DNA of 64,000 nucleotides, from positions 62,001 to 126,000 of the forward strand of contig NOWV01000144.1 of assembly GCA_003344405.1 (NCBI GenBank), read 5' to 3'. Shown one piece after another: positions 42,090 to 57,260 of this stretch. The first letter of the stretch is position 1; each line of letters begins with the position of its first letter. Under the pieces are notes generated by a model, which saw nothing but the letters and a program-made list of their open reading frames with translations, was not told the origin of the DNA and ran no database searches. The translations under genes and the position numbers were made by a program. This stretch comes from Trichoplax sp. H2. Taxonomy: Eukaryota.

Positions 42090-42658
42090 ATATAACCGCT
42101 TATTTTAGACTGATTGCAAGTTTAATTATTAAGATTAAAAATTATTTTTGAATGTAGAGCAAGAGAATATATAACGGAAGTTACAATATAGCTGCTTATT
42201 TTAGACTGATTTCAAGTATTAAGATTAAAAATTTTTTTTGAATGTAGAGCAAGAGAATATATAAAGGAAGCTACAATATAACTGCATATTTTAGACTGAT
42301 TTTAAGTATAAGTTCAATTATTAAGATTAAAAATTATTTTTGAATATAGAGTAAGAGGATATATAACGGAAGCTACAATATAACTGCTTATTACGGACTG
42401 ATTTCAAGTAAGCTACAATATGATTGCTTATTTTAGACTAATTTAAAGTATTAAGGTTAAAAATTATTTTTGAATGTAGAGCAAAAGAATATATAGTGCA
42501 AGCTACAATATAACGACTTATTTTAGACTGATTTCAAGTATAAGCTCAATTATGAAGATTAAAAATTATTTTTGAATGTAGAGCAAAAGAATATATAATG
42601 GAAGCTACAATATAACTGCTTCTTGCAGATTGATTTCAAGGAGAAGTTGTGTTATTGG
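42090..42658. repeat. Degenerate ~90-102 bp tandem repeat array (likely native site of the 28.9-29.5 kb satellite)
   Basis: About 6 copies of AAGCTACAATATAAC..CTTATTTTAGACTGATTTCAAGT..AAGATTAAAAATTATTTTTGAATGTAGAGCAA with indels. Confidence 0.95.
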
Positions 42659-44557
42659 GCTTTAAAATCATCTTTTAACCACCTTTAATTTCAGTAAATA
42701 AAATTGAACAATCATCTCATTTATAGGTCTACTATTAGCTCTTAGATTGACTATGAAGAAACTACCAATTTTAGCCAGTAAAACTGAGCGATTATCATAT
42801 GGGTAGGTATATTATTAGTCCTTAGTTTGGCCATTAAGAAAGTGTCCATTTCAGTAAGTCATTCTGAGCAATTGTCTTATTGATAGGTATATTGCTGTAG
42901 AAGGCTTTTAAATTCGCCATGAAGTAACTACTTAGTAAGTAAATTTGAGTAACCGCTTCTGTAATAGTTGCCAATCTTATTAGTTACCATGCCTAAATAT
43001 ACTGCTATCGACATCATCCAGTTTTTCACTTTAAGCTAAAACCGTATTTCAACTACTGTCATGAGCTGAGATTACTAAGCTGCCATGATAAAATCTTCTG
43101 CCATCCAACGAGTTGTAATAACGATAAGCTGGAAAGTAATTTCCTATCATCATGTACGTTTTATACTTACTAATAGTTGGATAAGATGTAAGAAGACTAT
43201 CGCATTCAAGATTTATTCCTGCTGTCAATTGAAATCAATTTGCTATACTGTAGAGCCTATTTCAGAAAGTCAAAACAACTTGATATTTGCATGATAGAAG
43301 CAGCTGTAAAATATCATGGTTGTTACTTTCATTGACTTCCTGTCAGCCCGACTTGATGAAATAATTATGTTCTATACTCCGTTGTGATGTTGTTCTTTTC
43401 ACTGTCTGTTTTATCCTGTCGAAATCGATCAACATTGGGTAAGGATATCTCGCTCATATTGACCCATGATTGAATATTGAGCGAGTACGTTGTCCGATAG
43501 CCATTGCACCTATTCTTACTCCATCAAATTAACACATCTGTCGACGACATTAAATAATGAGTGAGGATAAATAATATATTAATTTTCATTATTTGCGCTC
43601 CACAGAGCCACTTTATTGATTTGACTTTCCTCCTTTAAGCAATCCACTCATGATTTTAAAAGTAAAAATATCCCCATTACCTATTCAAAATCGGAGTCCA
43701 TTCAATAAGAAATTGGCTTTCATGGCAAGAGTTTACGGCTCATTGATTCTAGCTCAAGTATTTCGTCGAGTAAATGATTGGAATACTACTAATGTAATAG
43801 TTGATTATTGGATGAAAATATTCCGACTTTTCTATTTGTAATATTACTCATGACTACAGTCTTTCCAATACTATTATTTTAAAATGGAAAAATTGGTAAA
43901 AGCGATCAAAAGCATAAGTAAGATCAAGTTGTTGTTTTCTGTTGTCATATTTGAAATAAGATCTGCTGTCAGTATTTTCTCTGAGAATGTTAGGAAATGA
44001 TGTCTAACACGATGCTAGGGTGCCAATAGAAACAATTTTCTCGATCAATATCAGCATTGAAAAATTGATTTTAATAATTTATACTGCAGAAAAAAATGAA
44101 ATCTTTGCATTACGATTCACAATTTACTTGTACAGTAATCTCAAAATACGTATACCCAACAAGCAATCAATTGGTATGTAGTTTGAATTTGAGAAAGAAG
44201 CATATCTGTCGTAAACTAGTTCAAATAGATTAAATGCCATTTGTTCCGTTACTATTCTAAGCTTATCCTTGACTTCATTGCCTAAGCAGAGCCTATATCC
44301 TTGATTTCGTGCTTCCTACCAAGCTGTGCTATGGAATTATTTCATGATGTTTAATATAAATCAAATGCCAGTTGTTGCAAAACGATTCAAACCCACATGT
44401 TATGGTATTCTAGATCTTGAAACAAACATTTGCTGCTAGAACTTAAACACCATAATAACTTAATGCTTGAAAGTGAAAAAGAAAAATCGAAAGCGCACAG
44501 CAGTTCTTGATGGAACTAATAGAAACCCCATCAACATAAAAGTATATAATCGAGCAT

Positions 44558-44885
44558 AAAAGTAGGGAAATGTACCTGGATACCCTCTTCTATCTTAACA
44601 TTGAAAAGTTCTGATATGAAAATAATTTCCTCTCTCGATAATATAGAGTTCTGTAAGCTTAAAAGTAAGGAAATGCACCTGGATACCCTCTTCTATCTTA
44701 ACATTGTAAAGTTTTGGTATGAAATAATTTTCTCTGTCGATAATTTGAAAATTTGGGTGATAGATGAAAATAAGTAAACTTGGTGCTTGCCTCTGTCTTG
44801 ATATGAAAATAATTCCCTTTGGACATTGAAGACTTCTGAGAAGACAGAAGTACGGAAATGTACCTGGATACTCTCCTTGCCTTGA
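44558..44885. repeat. Degenerate ~102-bp tandem repeat (3-4 copies)
   Basis: GGAAATG(T/C)ACCTGGATAC(C/T)CTC near 44566, 44669 and 44854, with TATGAAA(A)TAATT repeated. Confidence 0.85.
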
Positions 44886-47800
44886 TTCAAGTGGAAAGTG
44901 GTGATAATAATCAAGAAGTAGACATAGTAGAGATACTTTAATGTACTGTCTTAAAAGTGAAAAGTTCCCCTGTAGCAATGAGGAAATGGAAATAGTCTTT
45001 CCGGGATAGAATAGATCGATATGAAATACAGATAGTGAATATCATTCAATAGATCAGAGCATCCTCTACTTTCTTGTTCGGATGGACTGTATTTTACTAT
45101 AATGAAATTCACTTTTTCTCAGCAGAAGGGACAAAGAATAATGATGAAATATTAAGGTTTTATCGCTATGCTAGGAGTATACAACGATGCGAAAAAATAG
45201 CAATAGAAGACTATTAATAACCTTGAAGTCCATGCCCATTTTGCCACGATAAAAAGTATCTAAAGAGTGAGGAATAGTTTTCCAGTTCATCTCTAATTTA
45301 TCCCCTATAACTGGATCGATATTGCTTTCAGCTATCATTTTTGCACTCATGATCAAGAAGTAAAGCAATCTCCGCTGCCAATATCCTTGCAAATGGTCAA
45401 TACTAATGTATTCTCGAATGAAAAGATGTTTTAGCTCTACTTTCATGAAGGCATTGGTGAAAGAAGGATAGTGCAACTAGCACAAAAACATTGAAGACGA
45501 TTATTTCTTTGACTAGCATAGAGAGAATCAATGATTGGGACTTTACTAGCAATCGAAGGTGATTTCCTTGATTTCATTGCTCTATTCTATGGACGATTAT
45601 GCTACAAAAATCTAAGTGTAAAACTGGAAATTAGTAGTATTAAACATTAATTTCCTGTTGACAAATAACCGGAATATCAGTATGCTGTCCAGTTGATGTT
45701 AGTATTTTTTAGTGCTGGGCTTACGAGACGACTGCATTGATATATAGCCTAACTCGGTCAAAATTGATCTTCAAGCAACTTTATCCTCCCTACTCTATCT
45801 ACTCCACGTTGTTGACGAATGGAATGGAATTCCTTTTTTCATATTGGCTATTTTTAAGTTAGTCTAAATAATCAACGTCCAATCGACCGAGGAAAATGAT
45901 TCCTGCATATGGAAATTGCAGCAGTATCATAATCTCAAAGAAAATGGAAAGCAAGACAGATTGAAATACCTTTCTAGACGCATTGAAAATTAAAAAATTA
46001 GAAACAATTACAAGTCGCTCTTCTGTATCCCAATCTATTTACTTTACCAATAAAAAATTAAAAACTAATGTACTGTATTCTCTGTATAAAATGATTTTCT
46101 AATGACCAATAGTGGGTATAAATGGCAGCTTGGAGAGAAAAAAGGATCATTTCTAAAGAGATTGATTACATTTTTAAACATCAAAAACTGTCGTATTTGC
46201 ACAAAATTGCTTGATGCACAATTGATGACAAGTGGTAAAAAAAGATCCAATCTGTCCATTGCACACGATAGAAGAATCGGGCGAATGGATAAAATGGAAG
46301 AAAATGAAAATCAGTTGCATGTTTCAATATTCAAACTAATTTTTCAAGTCATGATGAGCTAATCTACAGTGGAAGACCTTGCAAGCGGCAAGACTTTCTA
46401 TTTATTATAACACTATTTTGATGCTTGCTTACTTCAACGTGCTAAATACTATTGCATGAAAGACACCATTCCTATTGAACTTGTTCGGTAATGAATTCAA
46501 TTCAACTCATGAAAGAAAAAAAGGAAATTATTCAAGGAATAATTGAATCACTCAAGTTAAATAACTTTAAAATGGCTTTAACTCCAAATTCAATGTACCA
46601 AAATGGTTGATTTTTCTATTTTTTCCGTAAACAGTGATGCATCAAAGGGCCAATAATGGAAGGAGGGGGAAAAAAAGGAATTTTCTTGCCTAGATCTTAA
46701 AATCATAGCTGATCAACAAGTCACAAAACGACTGAAAAGAAAATTAGGAATCCCATCCCGTCTTTTACTTTTAATATTCAACCGTTGAAAGGAAAAGATT
46801 TGGCCTAAACGAGTGTTATTTGGGGATATCTCCTTCAACAAATGATGGAATATTCAAGCTATTATCACCAACTACTTTAATTTTAATGATCGATATCAAC
46901 ATCAGTTTGTCCTTTAATCTTGAACACTATGAAAGGAAGTCAAGATTATGGTGGACTTTTATCCAATCGACGAATAATTACATTAACGGGCTTTCTAAAT
47001 CAGATCATCAATCTCGATCATTGATAAGAAGGAAAAAAAAAGTCCCGCTCTTAAAAATATCTCTCTTTCTATGCTGTCTGTTGAGCAATTCTTGTTAGAA
47101 ACTTCTCTTGCTTGTGGACTACGGTACTCTGTCAATTTTCCTTTTCTAGCTAAAAGAATCGATCCTATCTTGACTTTCAGTAATAATTTGTACAACTTTG
47201 ATCGAGTAACGTATGAAAATGAATTTAGATTCGAAAACATCCATGATCAATTCTGTTCATAATGGATGTTTTTTGGGGGGGCTGGCCATTTTTTTTTATC
47301 TATCCGACCACTAAAATAACCACCTACGTCTACAGGTTCTTTTTCAATCTTACAGGGCTAATTGGATATGAATAGTTTCATCCCTAGAAGGAATCTTTAC
47401 TTCAAGCTGGTATTAGTTTGGGGGGGGGGAGAAATTTGAACTACTTTGAATCCATTTCAAAACCTGATGGTTGTTAATTACTTCTAAATTAGAATGTTGT
47501 ATCTATAGAAAATTGTCCCATCACAATGTTCAAATGATTTCACTTGACATTGAAAATAATCAATAATAAGCAATACAATGCTTAATTCTATCTGTTAACT
47601 TAATACAACGATTGAACATGGTGTTAAAAACATCAAAGCGGTTTATGATGAACTGATATTAGCCTCGTCGATTGGATTTTTTTTCTTTATTGTAGTTGAA
47701 GATTTACAACTCGATCATTTCTCCTATCCTCATGCTTTCTTACTACCATCTAAGCAATCATAAATTGTTTCTCTCCAGTCAAGGGAATCATTCTTGAAGG

Positions 47801-48890
47801 AGCAAGTTGTTTCGATACTTTGTCAATCATCCCTCTTATCCAATTCTTGCTTCTATGTTACATATTTCATTTTCCATTCTCCTATCCGATACGATCATTA
47901 AGCTAAGGTAGAATATGCAAAAGCAACCCATCATCCATGGCTTGTTCAAATCAACAACAATTCAATAGAGTTCATACGGAAATCAATGCTTGTCCTTAAC
48001 TCGATCAAATATTAAACAAATGCGATCGCCATTTTCCTCTTCTATTCAAGACGACAAGAATCAATCACATGATTGCATGGTAGATGGATTGCAAATGGAC
48101 CAACAACTCTTATACACATACAGACAGAAGAAAAGTAATTTTTCAAATGGTTCAATCGAGAGGAAATAGCGTGGAGATTGATCCTTTTAAAAAAGAGATT
48201 ATTCCGCTACTGGTAATCAAGACATGTTGAAAAGTGTTGAAAAAGACTAATTTGGCAAGAGATGGGGAATGGAAAATGGATCATTCCCCTATAGAAAAAG
48301 ATTCATCCATAACGGCTGAAAGATGATTGCTTGAAAATTAAATAGCAGATTGATAGAGCAATAATGTTAATTATTTCCGTCGTGCATTAAATCGTCTCCA
48401 TTAATAGTTGACTTTCTTGATAGTCGACTAGCATGTTCTTACCTGCTTGTTGTTGTTTTGGGGCTTGATTTTCTTCTTTTCTATGCAGCGAAACGACCAT
48501 GAACGCTTCTTGATTCACTTAATGTGTCTGGCAATCAGTTAGCCTATCCTTGAAAGCTAACTCTTCCCTTTTACTTTTTACTTAAGTTGTTTTGTCATTT
48601 GTACTCACTGTGTCTTAGGGGACAGACAAAAAATGGGATAAAGAGAAAAGGCTCCAGCCAATTAACATAACTGTCAATATTGGCAATCAAGTAGAAATAT
48701 TCAAAGCTTACAGAATAAGTTGTTATAGTAACAAATCATGCATAATGTATTCAATTAATTGGAGAAAAAGGAGATCAAAGGATTGGCCTTCTCTAGCTTC
48801 TTTTCATTGTCCATGTAGACCTACTCTCTCTTTCTCTCCATCATCATTCACTTGGTATACTAGCCTTCTTATTGACATCATCCATTTGGC

Positions 48891-48938
<48 letters not shown>

Positions 48939-48962
48939 CGCTCTCTCTCTCGCTCGCTCTCT
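48891..48962. repeat. (CT)n/(GA)n microsatellite with CTCG interruptions
   Basis: Directly visible. A shorter (CT)8 lies at about 50855-50870. Confidence 0.95.
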
Positions 48963-51900
48963 ATTTGAACAATCTTCATTGATTAAGACTTTGTCCTCCA
49001 TTCAAATCAAATATTCTTTTCAATCTTTTGCTTAATCATATGCGCTAATGGACAATAGTTAACTCTTTTTCAACTTGACTATTGTCTTTCCTATCCCTTA
49101 CACCTCATCGCCATTCAAGCATTGCAAAAAAATGAAAGACGATAAAAACAAACCTTTTATCCATATTTTACTTCTCTTCTTTCGGCCTCCTACCATGAAT
49201 TCCAACTATGGAATCTATTCTCTATGACGACGATGACTATTTCTATGAAGTGGAGAAAAAGCAATCAATCAATCATGTCTTGTAAGCTAGTGGCTCTCTT
49301 AGAATTGAAATCTACTGTCCAACTTAGTCCAAAGATGACATAAGTTACTTCAATTTCTTTGCATATTTGCATCGACTGTAGGTTATGGTCGATGTTATCC
49401 AGTAGACGAATTGCTCTCTTCCAATTTAAATCAATCCTAGTCCAACATAAATTATTCAATTCCTTTCATCATACACATTTCTATCTCCTAGACTCCTATG
49501 CAAAAATCAGGTAACCTTTTCCCGCAAAACCGGTTGCTCTCTTTCAATTCAAATCCACATGTCTATCCTCGTCCACAAGATGCAATAAGTGATCATATCC
49601 ATATGTTAACAATTCTACAGTAAAGTAATGGAGTTCAACCATCTACAATAGTCGTTTATACAGGATAGCTGGAAGGGTGCCTTGTCCTATTCGTACTATA
49701 TGCATTAATGTAGGCCTTATTGGAGATTGGCTCTATTTTAAGAACTCCAATTTGCAGATTGCGAACCTTAGGGCTTTCAAAAACTATTCATGATACAAGT
49801 CATTTTATTTCCAATTATTCTTCAGATTCCCATCAGCTGTAGAAAAAAAAAATCACATCAATTCCTCAATACAGACTAGTTGCTGTCTTTCAATTGAAAT
49901 AAATCTGTCTATGCTAGGCTCCCATGAGTCAGAGTTCTGCCATTGCTTGGTGTAGGATAACCGACTAGAGGACCCTCTTATCACGAACTAACAAACCATG
50001 TCGTTGTGATGGGGATAAATAGCATTTGATAGTATTGAACTGAATGGATTTCTTCAATGGAATAAAGAAATCTTTGCATACTAGTGGATCAATCAGTTTT
50101 AGCCAATTTCTATCCACTTCATCATGATACATTAGGAGATGATCGATCTGGACCATGATTGATATCATATCAATCAAGATAAATGGTAGGACTGAAATGA
50201 TTGATTGAAAGTTAGTATCCAAATTCCATCTTCAAGGCGAGGTATAAAAAAGGTGAAGGTAATAACATGAAGAAGAAAACTGCAAATAATCAATGATAGA
50301 AAGATTGGCATTAGCTCCTTCAATTTTATCATTGACCAATACTATCTGCTTCTAATGTGGATAGTATCATCTAGTATCATGGAGTATTCCTCATCAATTT
50401 AATTTATCGAGCTGGCAAGAAGAAACATCAACCCCTGGGATAATTATCTCAAGATTGATTGCATTTGATAAGAAAGGGAATAAAATAGGATACTACATGT
50501 TGTATTGAAGAGGCCAGGCATTTCAATGACCTCGTCTATTTTTATAAGCTATATGAATAAAAAGATAGGGAGAAAAAAATGGTCAAGAAGACAGAGAAAA
50601 ATAAGAATTCCTATGATGATCACTCATGTTGGCATAGTACGATTAAAAAGGAGATATATCCTATCTAGAACAATCTTATTACAAAGTTTTCTGCCTCAAT
50701 GCCTCTACAGTCAAAACTTAAGCTACATGATAAGCTAGCTTGGAGAGATGGAAAATGCAATCGAGGCACAACAGAATTGATCATCATCAGCTAGATATCG
50801 TATGCTTGTAGATCATATTCTGCAGGCTACATCTTGATTTGTAATTTTTGAAACCTCTCTCTCTCTCTCTGCTTGCAATAGCTGATCAAATTCAAGCTAT
50901 TGGAAAACAGATGCGCCATATCTAGGCATTAATTAAGCATTCAACGATGGGCATTCTTACTCTGCTAAACTCCTACATCATAGTCCTACCTCTTGCTCAA
51001 ATAGTCACGCTTAATTGAGCGAGTAATGTGCAAATGATTCAAGCAAATGAGAACTGATCTAGAATGGAGTACAATACACAAGTGTCATGACCACAAAGAT
51101 GATAACAATATTGCAGTTATTTGTGCCGCCATGTTTAAACAACAGTTGATTAACAATGGATACATTTGTTATGTATTCTTTTTGCCCTATTCTTTTCCAT
51201 CTCTTTCTTCCTAATATCCACATTGATTTCCATTTAGCAGATCATGACTAATTGGCGTAATGAAGTTAGCCAATTTGAGCAGACAATATGGCTATGATAT
51301 TCAAAATAGGTAGTTATCATCCTTTCCATTTTCCTTGTCGATCTATTGGAACGCATTTAGGCATCATCATGGCCTACTTTGCATCTTTTATTATGCCAAT
51401 CCTAGCTAGCATTAGCAACGCGTGGTATATCATTTCAGTATACCGACAGTAACCTCAATTGCGCCATAAATACTACGATCAAGACAATCTGGATAGAAAT
51501 ACGCGATCAATCATCGCCGCCATTCTTCTAGGAGCATACTTTAGTCGTATCAATACGTTATTGATCTTTCTGATTTGAAATTGGGGCATTTTTTGCCATT
51601 CATTGATTTGAAGAAAAGAAGGGGAACGGGGTGAAAAAGAAAATGTTCATAGTCATGGCTAATTCAATTGATTTTTAAAATCGCTTATCCTTACATTTAC
51701 TACCAATAAGGGTTAGCATAGCCATCGAGACTATTCAATTAGGTAATATCACCATGATGCCCTTACTATGACATAACTCTAATTTCGATCAAAGCAGGAA
51801 GAAAAAATACTTTCCATATGAAATAAAAGAGGACTATGCCTATCATATCCTAAGCATCACTGACTGCACTCTATTTTAGACGTGAACCCGAAGAGAAAAT

Positions 51901-53429
51901 AGTTGAGACAATATCAATGCAATTAAAAAGGTGGCAGTTCAAGTGATAAGATCATGGCCATCATGTACCTTACGATAATATCACTATTGCATGCTAGCAG
52001 GAAGAGAAAAGAAAAGAAAACATGAGTTGAGCGTCAAATATGAATCCCCAAAATGACGGAAAGATGACTTTTTCAGTTCATCATTAAGGTACGATAGAAA
52101 TGGATTCAAATGGAATATCGCCAGATAGAGATTTACAGAGTTACAACAGTCTGTCATTTGGTATCCTTTTTTTTCCCCCTCACTGTCTTTAGCTTTGTTT
52201 AATCAATGCTTGGAATTTGATTTTATTGACAAAATTGAAATAAAGTGATTGAAAAAAATAACAGATGGATGTTAACCAATGACTATCTCTTTCAAGTAAA
52301 ATAAATAATATGAATAAGAATCAATGATCTGTAGTAGGCTATTAATGATGACAAGAGGAAAAGGTCGACATCTAGTACATGACATAAAATGCGAAAGAAA
52401 TTATTGAAGAAGGAGGTGGAGATGGAAGAGAACAGGGTGGGTTATCGTTAACAATAAGCACTATCCTTTCTACCCACCTACTGCCTATACGATGTAGACT
52501 AATTGTTCAATAACAAGCTATACAAGCCATCATCAATTCAACTAGAGGGCAATTTCTTCCCCTTTCATCTATCTATATGTATTCTTTTTGCCAATACCGA
52601 TAACTACATCATCACCATTGATATCATTCTATAACCAAAACGACTTGGCCATCAATGAATAACAAATACTCATCCTCTCCTCAATGTATTTATTTTTTGA
52701 TAACTTCCATTAAATTATCCATCTTGTTGACATTCTGACTAGCATTTACTTTTCCAAGAATTGATACAATCCAATTAGCATGCTAGGCTACAATTGTTAT
52801 CCCTTATCCTAATGACCGTAATAGTCTGGCTGGGGACAATAATAGCCTTAGGCAAACTATTGTATCCACTATCAACAATAACTTAATAAAATATCTAGAT
52901 ACAACTGTTCCATTTTATTCTTCTTGTCTCTCCTTTTGTTCAATCTTGATTGTCTTGATCTTAACTAGCTCCATGATCTATTATGCCTCTTTCCTTTTAT
53001 TTTAATTTACACCTTCAAACCATGAGTCAATAACCTACAAGTGAAATTACATAATAATTATGCAATCGATGTAATGCCTTATTCATCATCGTCATTACTA
53101 TCGAAAATACATAACAAATATTGAAACGAGAAAATGAAGTGAAATTGAACTGTGATTCCTTCACTTGTTGCACTATAACTACTTATTATAATCATTGATC
53201 TGATTTTAATGGCGTACTTTGTATCCTCAAGATAAATATCATGTCCATGTACTAACCTTTGTTAACATCGAGAATTCAATACAATGAATGAATCTATATA
53301 AATACTGAAAATTGTTCTGTACAAGTAAATAATAAAAAAAATACGGCCAAATAATAGTCTTAACCACAATAAATTTATACAAAAGTACAAACGTTTAAAA
53401 CTCTGACTTGGTAGTTATCGCGCAAGTAA

Positions 53430-54300
53430 TGGAATTTCGATCATATAAGTAAAAAAACTTGATCCGTACATTGAAGTAGATAGAAACCATTGAATATCGT
53501 ATCTTAATCCTGATATTCGTTAAATATCAACATCATCAAAATTTCGATATTAAAATGACTACCAATTTGATCTGTAGACTGAAGAGCGACCAGATAGAAA
53601 TGCTTGAATATCATGTCCATACTTTGATATTCGTTAATATAGACAATATCGTATAATTTCTAGATTAAAATCACGACCATTTTGATCTGTGGGCCGAAGT
53701 AGATATAAATAATTGAAATCATGTTTATATCCTGCCATTCGTTACTATAGGCAGTACTATAAAATTTCTGGTTTTAATATTACTACAAATTGATCTGTAG
53801 ACCGATGTAGATCGAAATGATTAAGTATCATATCCATATTCTGATATTTGCTAATAGAGTTAGTGCCGTAGAATTTCTGTATTAAAAAAAAATAGTTCAA
53901 AGTTCAACTTGTTCTAATGTAGATAGAAATGATTGATATATCACCTATCCAAATCCTAATATTCGTTATTATCGGCAATATCATAGAATTTCTGTACTAA
54001 AATTGCAACTTGATCTCTAAACTAAGGCAGATCAAAAATGCGCAAATGATAACCTTAATCCATTTTGTTTATACTATACTATAGATTGATATCCTGGCAA
54101 AATAAAGGGAGGAAGAACAACAGAATTTCCGTAATAAAACGAATTTCCAACTTGATCTATAGACTGAGATACTTGAAAAATTCAAATAACAAACTAAGTC
54201 GCATTGATGTTTATATAGTACCCAGACACTGACTTATACGTCGCTGATATTTCTATATTTAAAATATTACAATTGCACTACGGACTGAACTAGATAAAAA
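53430..54300. repeat. Degenerate ~110-bp tandem repeat (~7-8 copies)
   Basis: TTGATCTGTAGAC.GAAGTAGATAGAAATGATTGAATATC..ATCCTGATATTCGTTA..AATTTCTGTATTAAAA consensus, with TTGATC anchors near 53459, 53567, 53683, 53790, 54010 and 54152. Confidence 0.85.
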
Positions 54301-57060
54301 AAGCGTTTGATAAGCTAAATCGCATTTGTAAATGCATTATATGTAATACCCATATTCTGAATATTGAGGATAATATGAAGAGGGTAAAAGAATGGTTACA
54401 TGAAAAGTATTGCAATTTAATCTGTACACTGCATTGGATTAATAGAGCAATTGATAATCTAAACAATATTTGTATCAAAGATTTTCATTTAGGGCTACAT
54501 TTATCATGATATGCTTATTTCTATCAAGGATACTTCCACCTCTTATCACACAAATAAATACTGTAATGAGGGAATCTCTGAAGGAATTAAAATAGTACAA
54601 GGAAGATTGTTACAAGAATGATACTTTCAGGCACTCATTAAATAGAAACAACAATTATTTTAAACAGTGAATAGCAAATTGAATAGTTCTTTCATCTTTA
54701 AAGTCAATTCTCTTCAGTGCTTTTCTTTCTATCATCTTCTATTCGTTGAGTTATCCTAGCCAACAATACCTAAGTTATGATATCATAATATGAAAGGGAT
54801 AGTTTGGAAAGAGTCTCTAGTTCAAGGAATTTCTTCAACGCAATGTTGTTCTTTTCTCATCATACATCTCAATTGCATGATAAAGCGTTTCTCTTGTACT
54901 AGTATAGTAACTATTTTTAAATAATTTTATATCTTTCTAAATCTAATGCGGCATTAAATCATCTCTTATAAAGAAAAATTAGGGCAATTGAGGATCCTTT
55001 GTGCCAACATAAAATGATATAGTATGCTTCGAATTTCGGTAAACGTAGTAATATCACATCTTACAGCTCATAATTGAGCGCTTATTCTATATCTAATCGC
55101 AACAATATTGATGGTGCTATCTCTAAAACTTAGAGATAACTCAATCTCTTTAAATACTCTATGCAGCTGTAATCATGCACAACTCATAGATTAAATACTA
55201 TATTTATAGATAGTAAGTGTAAAATCTTGTATTAAAATACTTTATAAATCTATTAACTCAGGTAAGAGAAAATATTTAAGCGTCATTGTTTATAAATACC
55301 CATATTACCCATCAATCTATTCTATTATACAAAAGAATTCATATTACATTCGATATTATACCTAGAAAGTAATATTTAGTTTATAGCTTCTAATTAGTCT
55401 TATAAAGAATTTAGCACTCGCAGATTGAAAGTATATCCATAATATGGCGGTTTTTTAAAGCTTCAACGTAGAAAGAGACTAAAAAGATGTATATTGAAAG
55501 TTAGTATTAGATTTATGGGGTGATAATCTTTCAAATAAGAATTTTATTCAGTACAGTTAAAGATATAAAGTCTGCAAATTAGAATATTCAAGATTTCATC
55601 CGGATGTAAATAGCGATTCATCAGGAATTTGGGTAATAGCATATCAATTTGAAACCTGGACTAAGGTTATAATCTACGATTTAGAAGCTAACTGTTTGGC
55701 ATAAAACTTGCCATTTCTCAGTTTATGGTACGGAAACTAAAGCCCTCAAGATCGTAATATTTGATAGAAAGGCTCTTATATGTATAATTTAAATTATAAC
55801 TAATATATGCAATTATGGCTAACTACAGTATAATAAATCTAAGCGAGATTTATAAGTGGTCGCATAATGAAAGTAAACCAAGTGTCTATAATGTCATTCA
55901 GTAGATTACAGTGCCATGAGTTTTAACTACGTACTTACAACTTAATTTTCATAAGACAATAACGCTTGCAGCAACTATCGTAACGGCTATAATAAACATC
56001 ATTATCTTTATTGACCAAAATACTCTGATTTCATCTAAGCCAAAATTTTTAAATATATATTAAACGACCATCGCACGTATTTTTACCGTAAATGACATTT
56101 TCAGGTAAAGTGTAATAGTTATAACAGCTTAAAATCATTTCTTAATAAATGCAAAGCAAATATAACTCCTGTTAACTGTCTCATTATCCTCAGTCATTCC
56201 TGCATTAAAGAAGAGGCAAAACTGAATCTTGACTATCGACTTTTAACTATAACTAGAATCTATAAGATCTCAAAATTCTTCTATACTTTACTAGCAAACA
56301 TAGTGTATACGAGTACTTGATATAGTTTCATGTATACATATTATCTATTTTCTTCTAGCATATATTAACAATTACAAATAATTATCTAATCTAGATTGGA
56401 CTGCTATATCGATTAATAAAAACCTTGTAGATATTCCGAATTATTAACATTTGGTATCAAAAGCTAGATTTCTTTCTATTATATATTCGAAATGAATCAC
56501 AGTTTAAGGTACAAACATTGGTTACTGTTGTAATCATTCGATCCATTTAGGAATGCAGATATTACAAAATGAATGAGTAGATAATTCTTGTTATCAATGT
56601 TAAGCAGTTAAAGCTAAAAACTTAGAATGGTCCTTTTTAAGTTAATAGCAAAACAATAAGTTATCCTGATATATCACTATCCATTTAGTGTACTGAATGA
56701 GCCTAAATGATATAATTAAAAAATAATATCCTGTTCAACTTCATAACCGCTAGCACTTCATGACCAACTTATGTCCAACGGTGTGTTTGTCTACAGCTTG
56801 AGATTTTATTACTTTGACGTATTATCATTGTCATTTTTATAAGGTGCCATGGCTTGAAGCATACATTTGTTTTATCTTTATTTCTACGGAAAAAATGATT
56901 AGCTGTTTAAGATATTGAATAGGGTCCCCATCTTTAAGCAAGATTGAAAGAAACTTTAGTAGATAAAGTGAAATCTACCGCAACGGTATTAGTAGGTGTA
57001 CTAACTATAACAATATAATGGTAAATTTTATGGCTAATCATCTTATTTAGTTTTACTGTT

Positions 57061-57260
57061 ATTTGAGATCGAATCTGTCAGTTTATGCACTCTCAAATTA
57101 AGACCAAATAACCAGACAGTATACGAATATTATACGATGACATAGTTATTATAAAGAAAATATTCCTATAGTTTCACCATTATTTAAGATCGAATAATTC
57201 AATTATACACTCTAAATTAGGGTCAAATATGTAGACAGAGAATATTATATCATGATAAAG
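57061..57260. repeat. Diverged direct duplication, ~121-bp period, 2 copies
   Basis: ATTT.AGATCGAAT..TTAT.CACTCT.AAATTA.G..CAAATA...AGACAG at 57061 and 57182. Confidence 0.7.

Noticed and set aside
44595..44978. 127-aa and 73-aa minus ORFs
   Set aside because: They overlap a degenerate tandem repeat with frameshifts between units.
48745..49035. LS-rich and ER-rich ORFs
   Set aside because: Translations of the (CT)n microsatellite.
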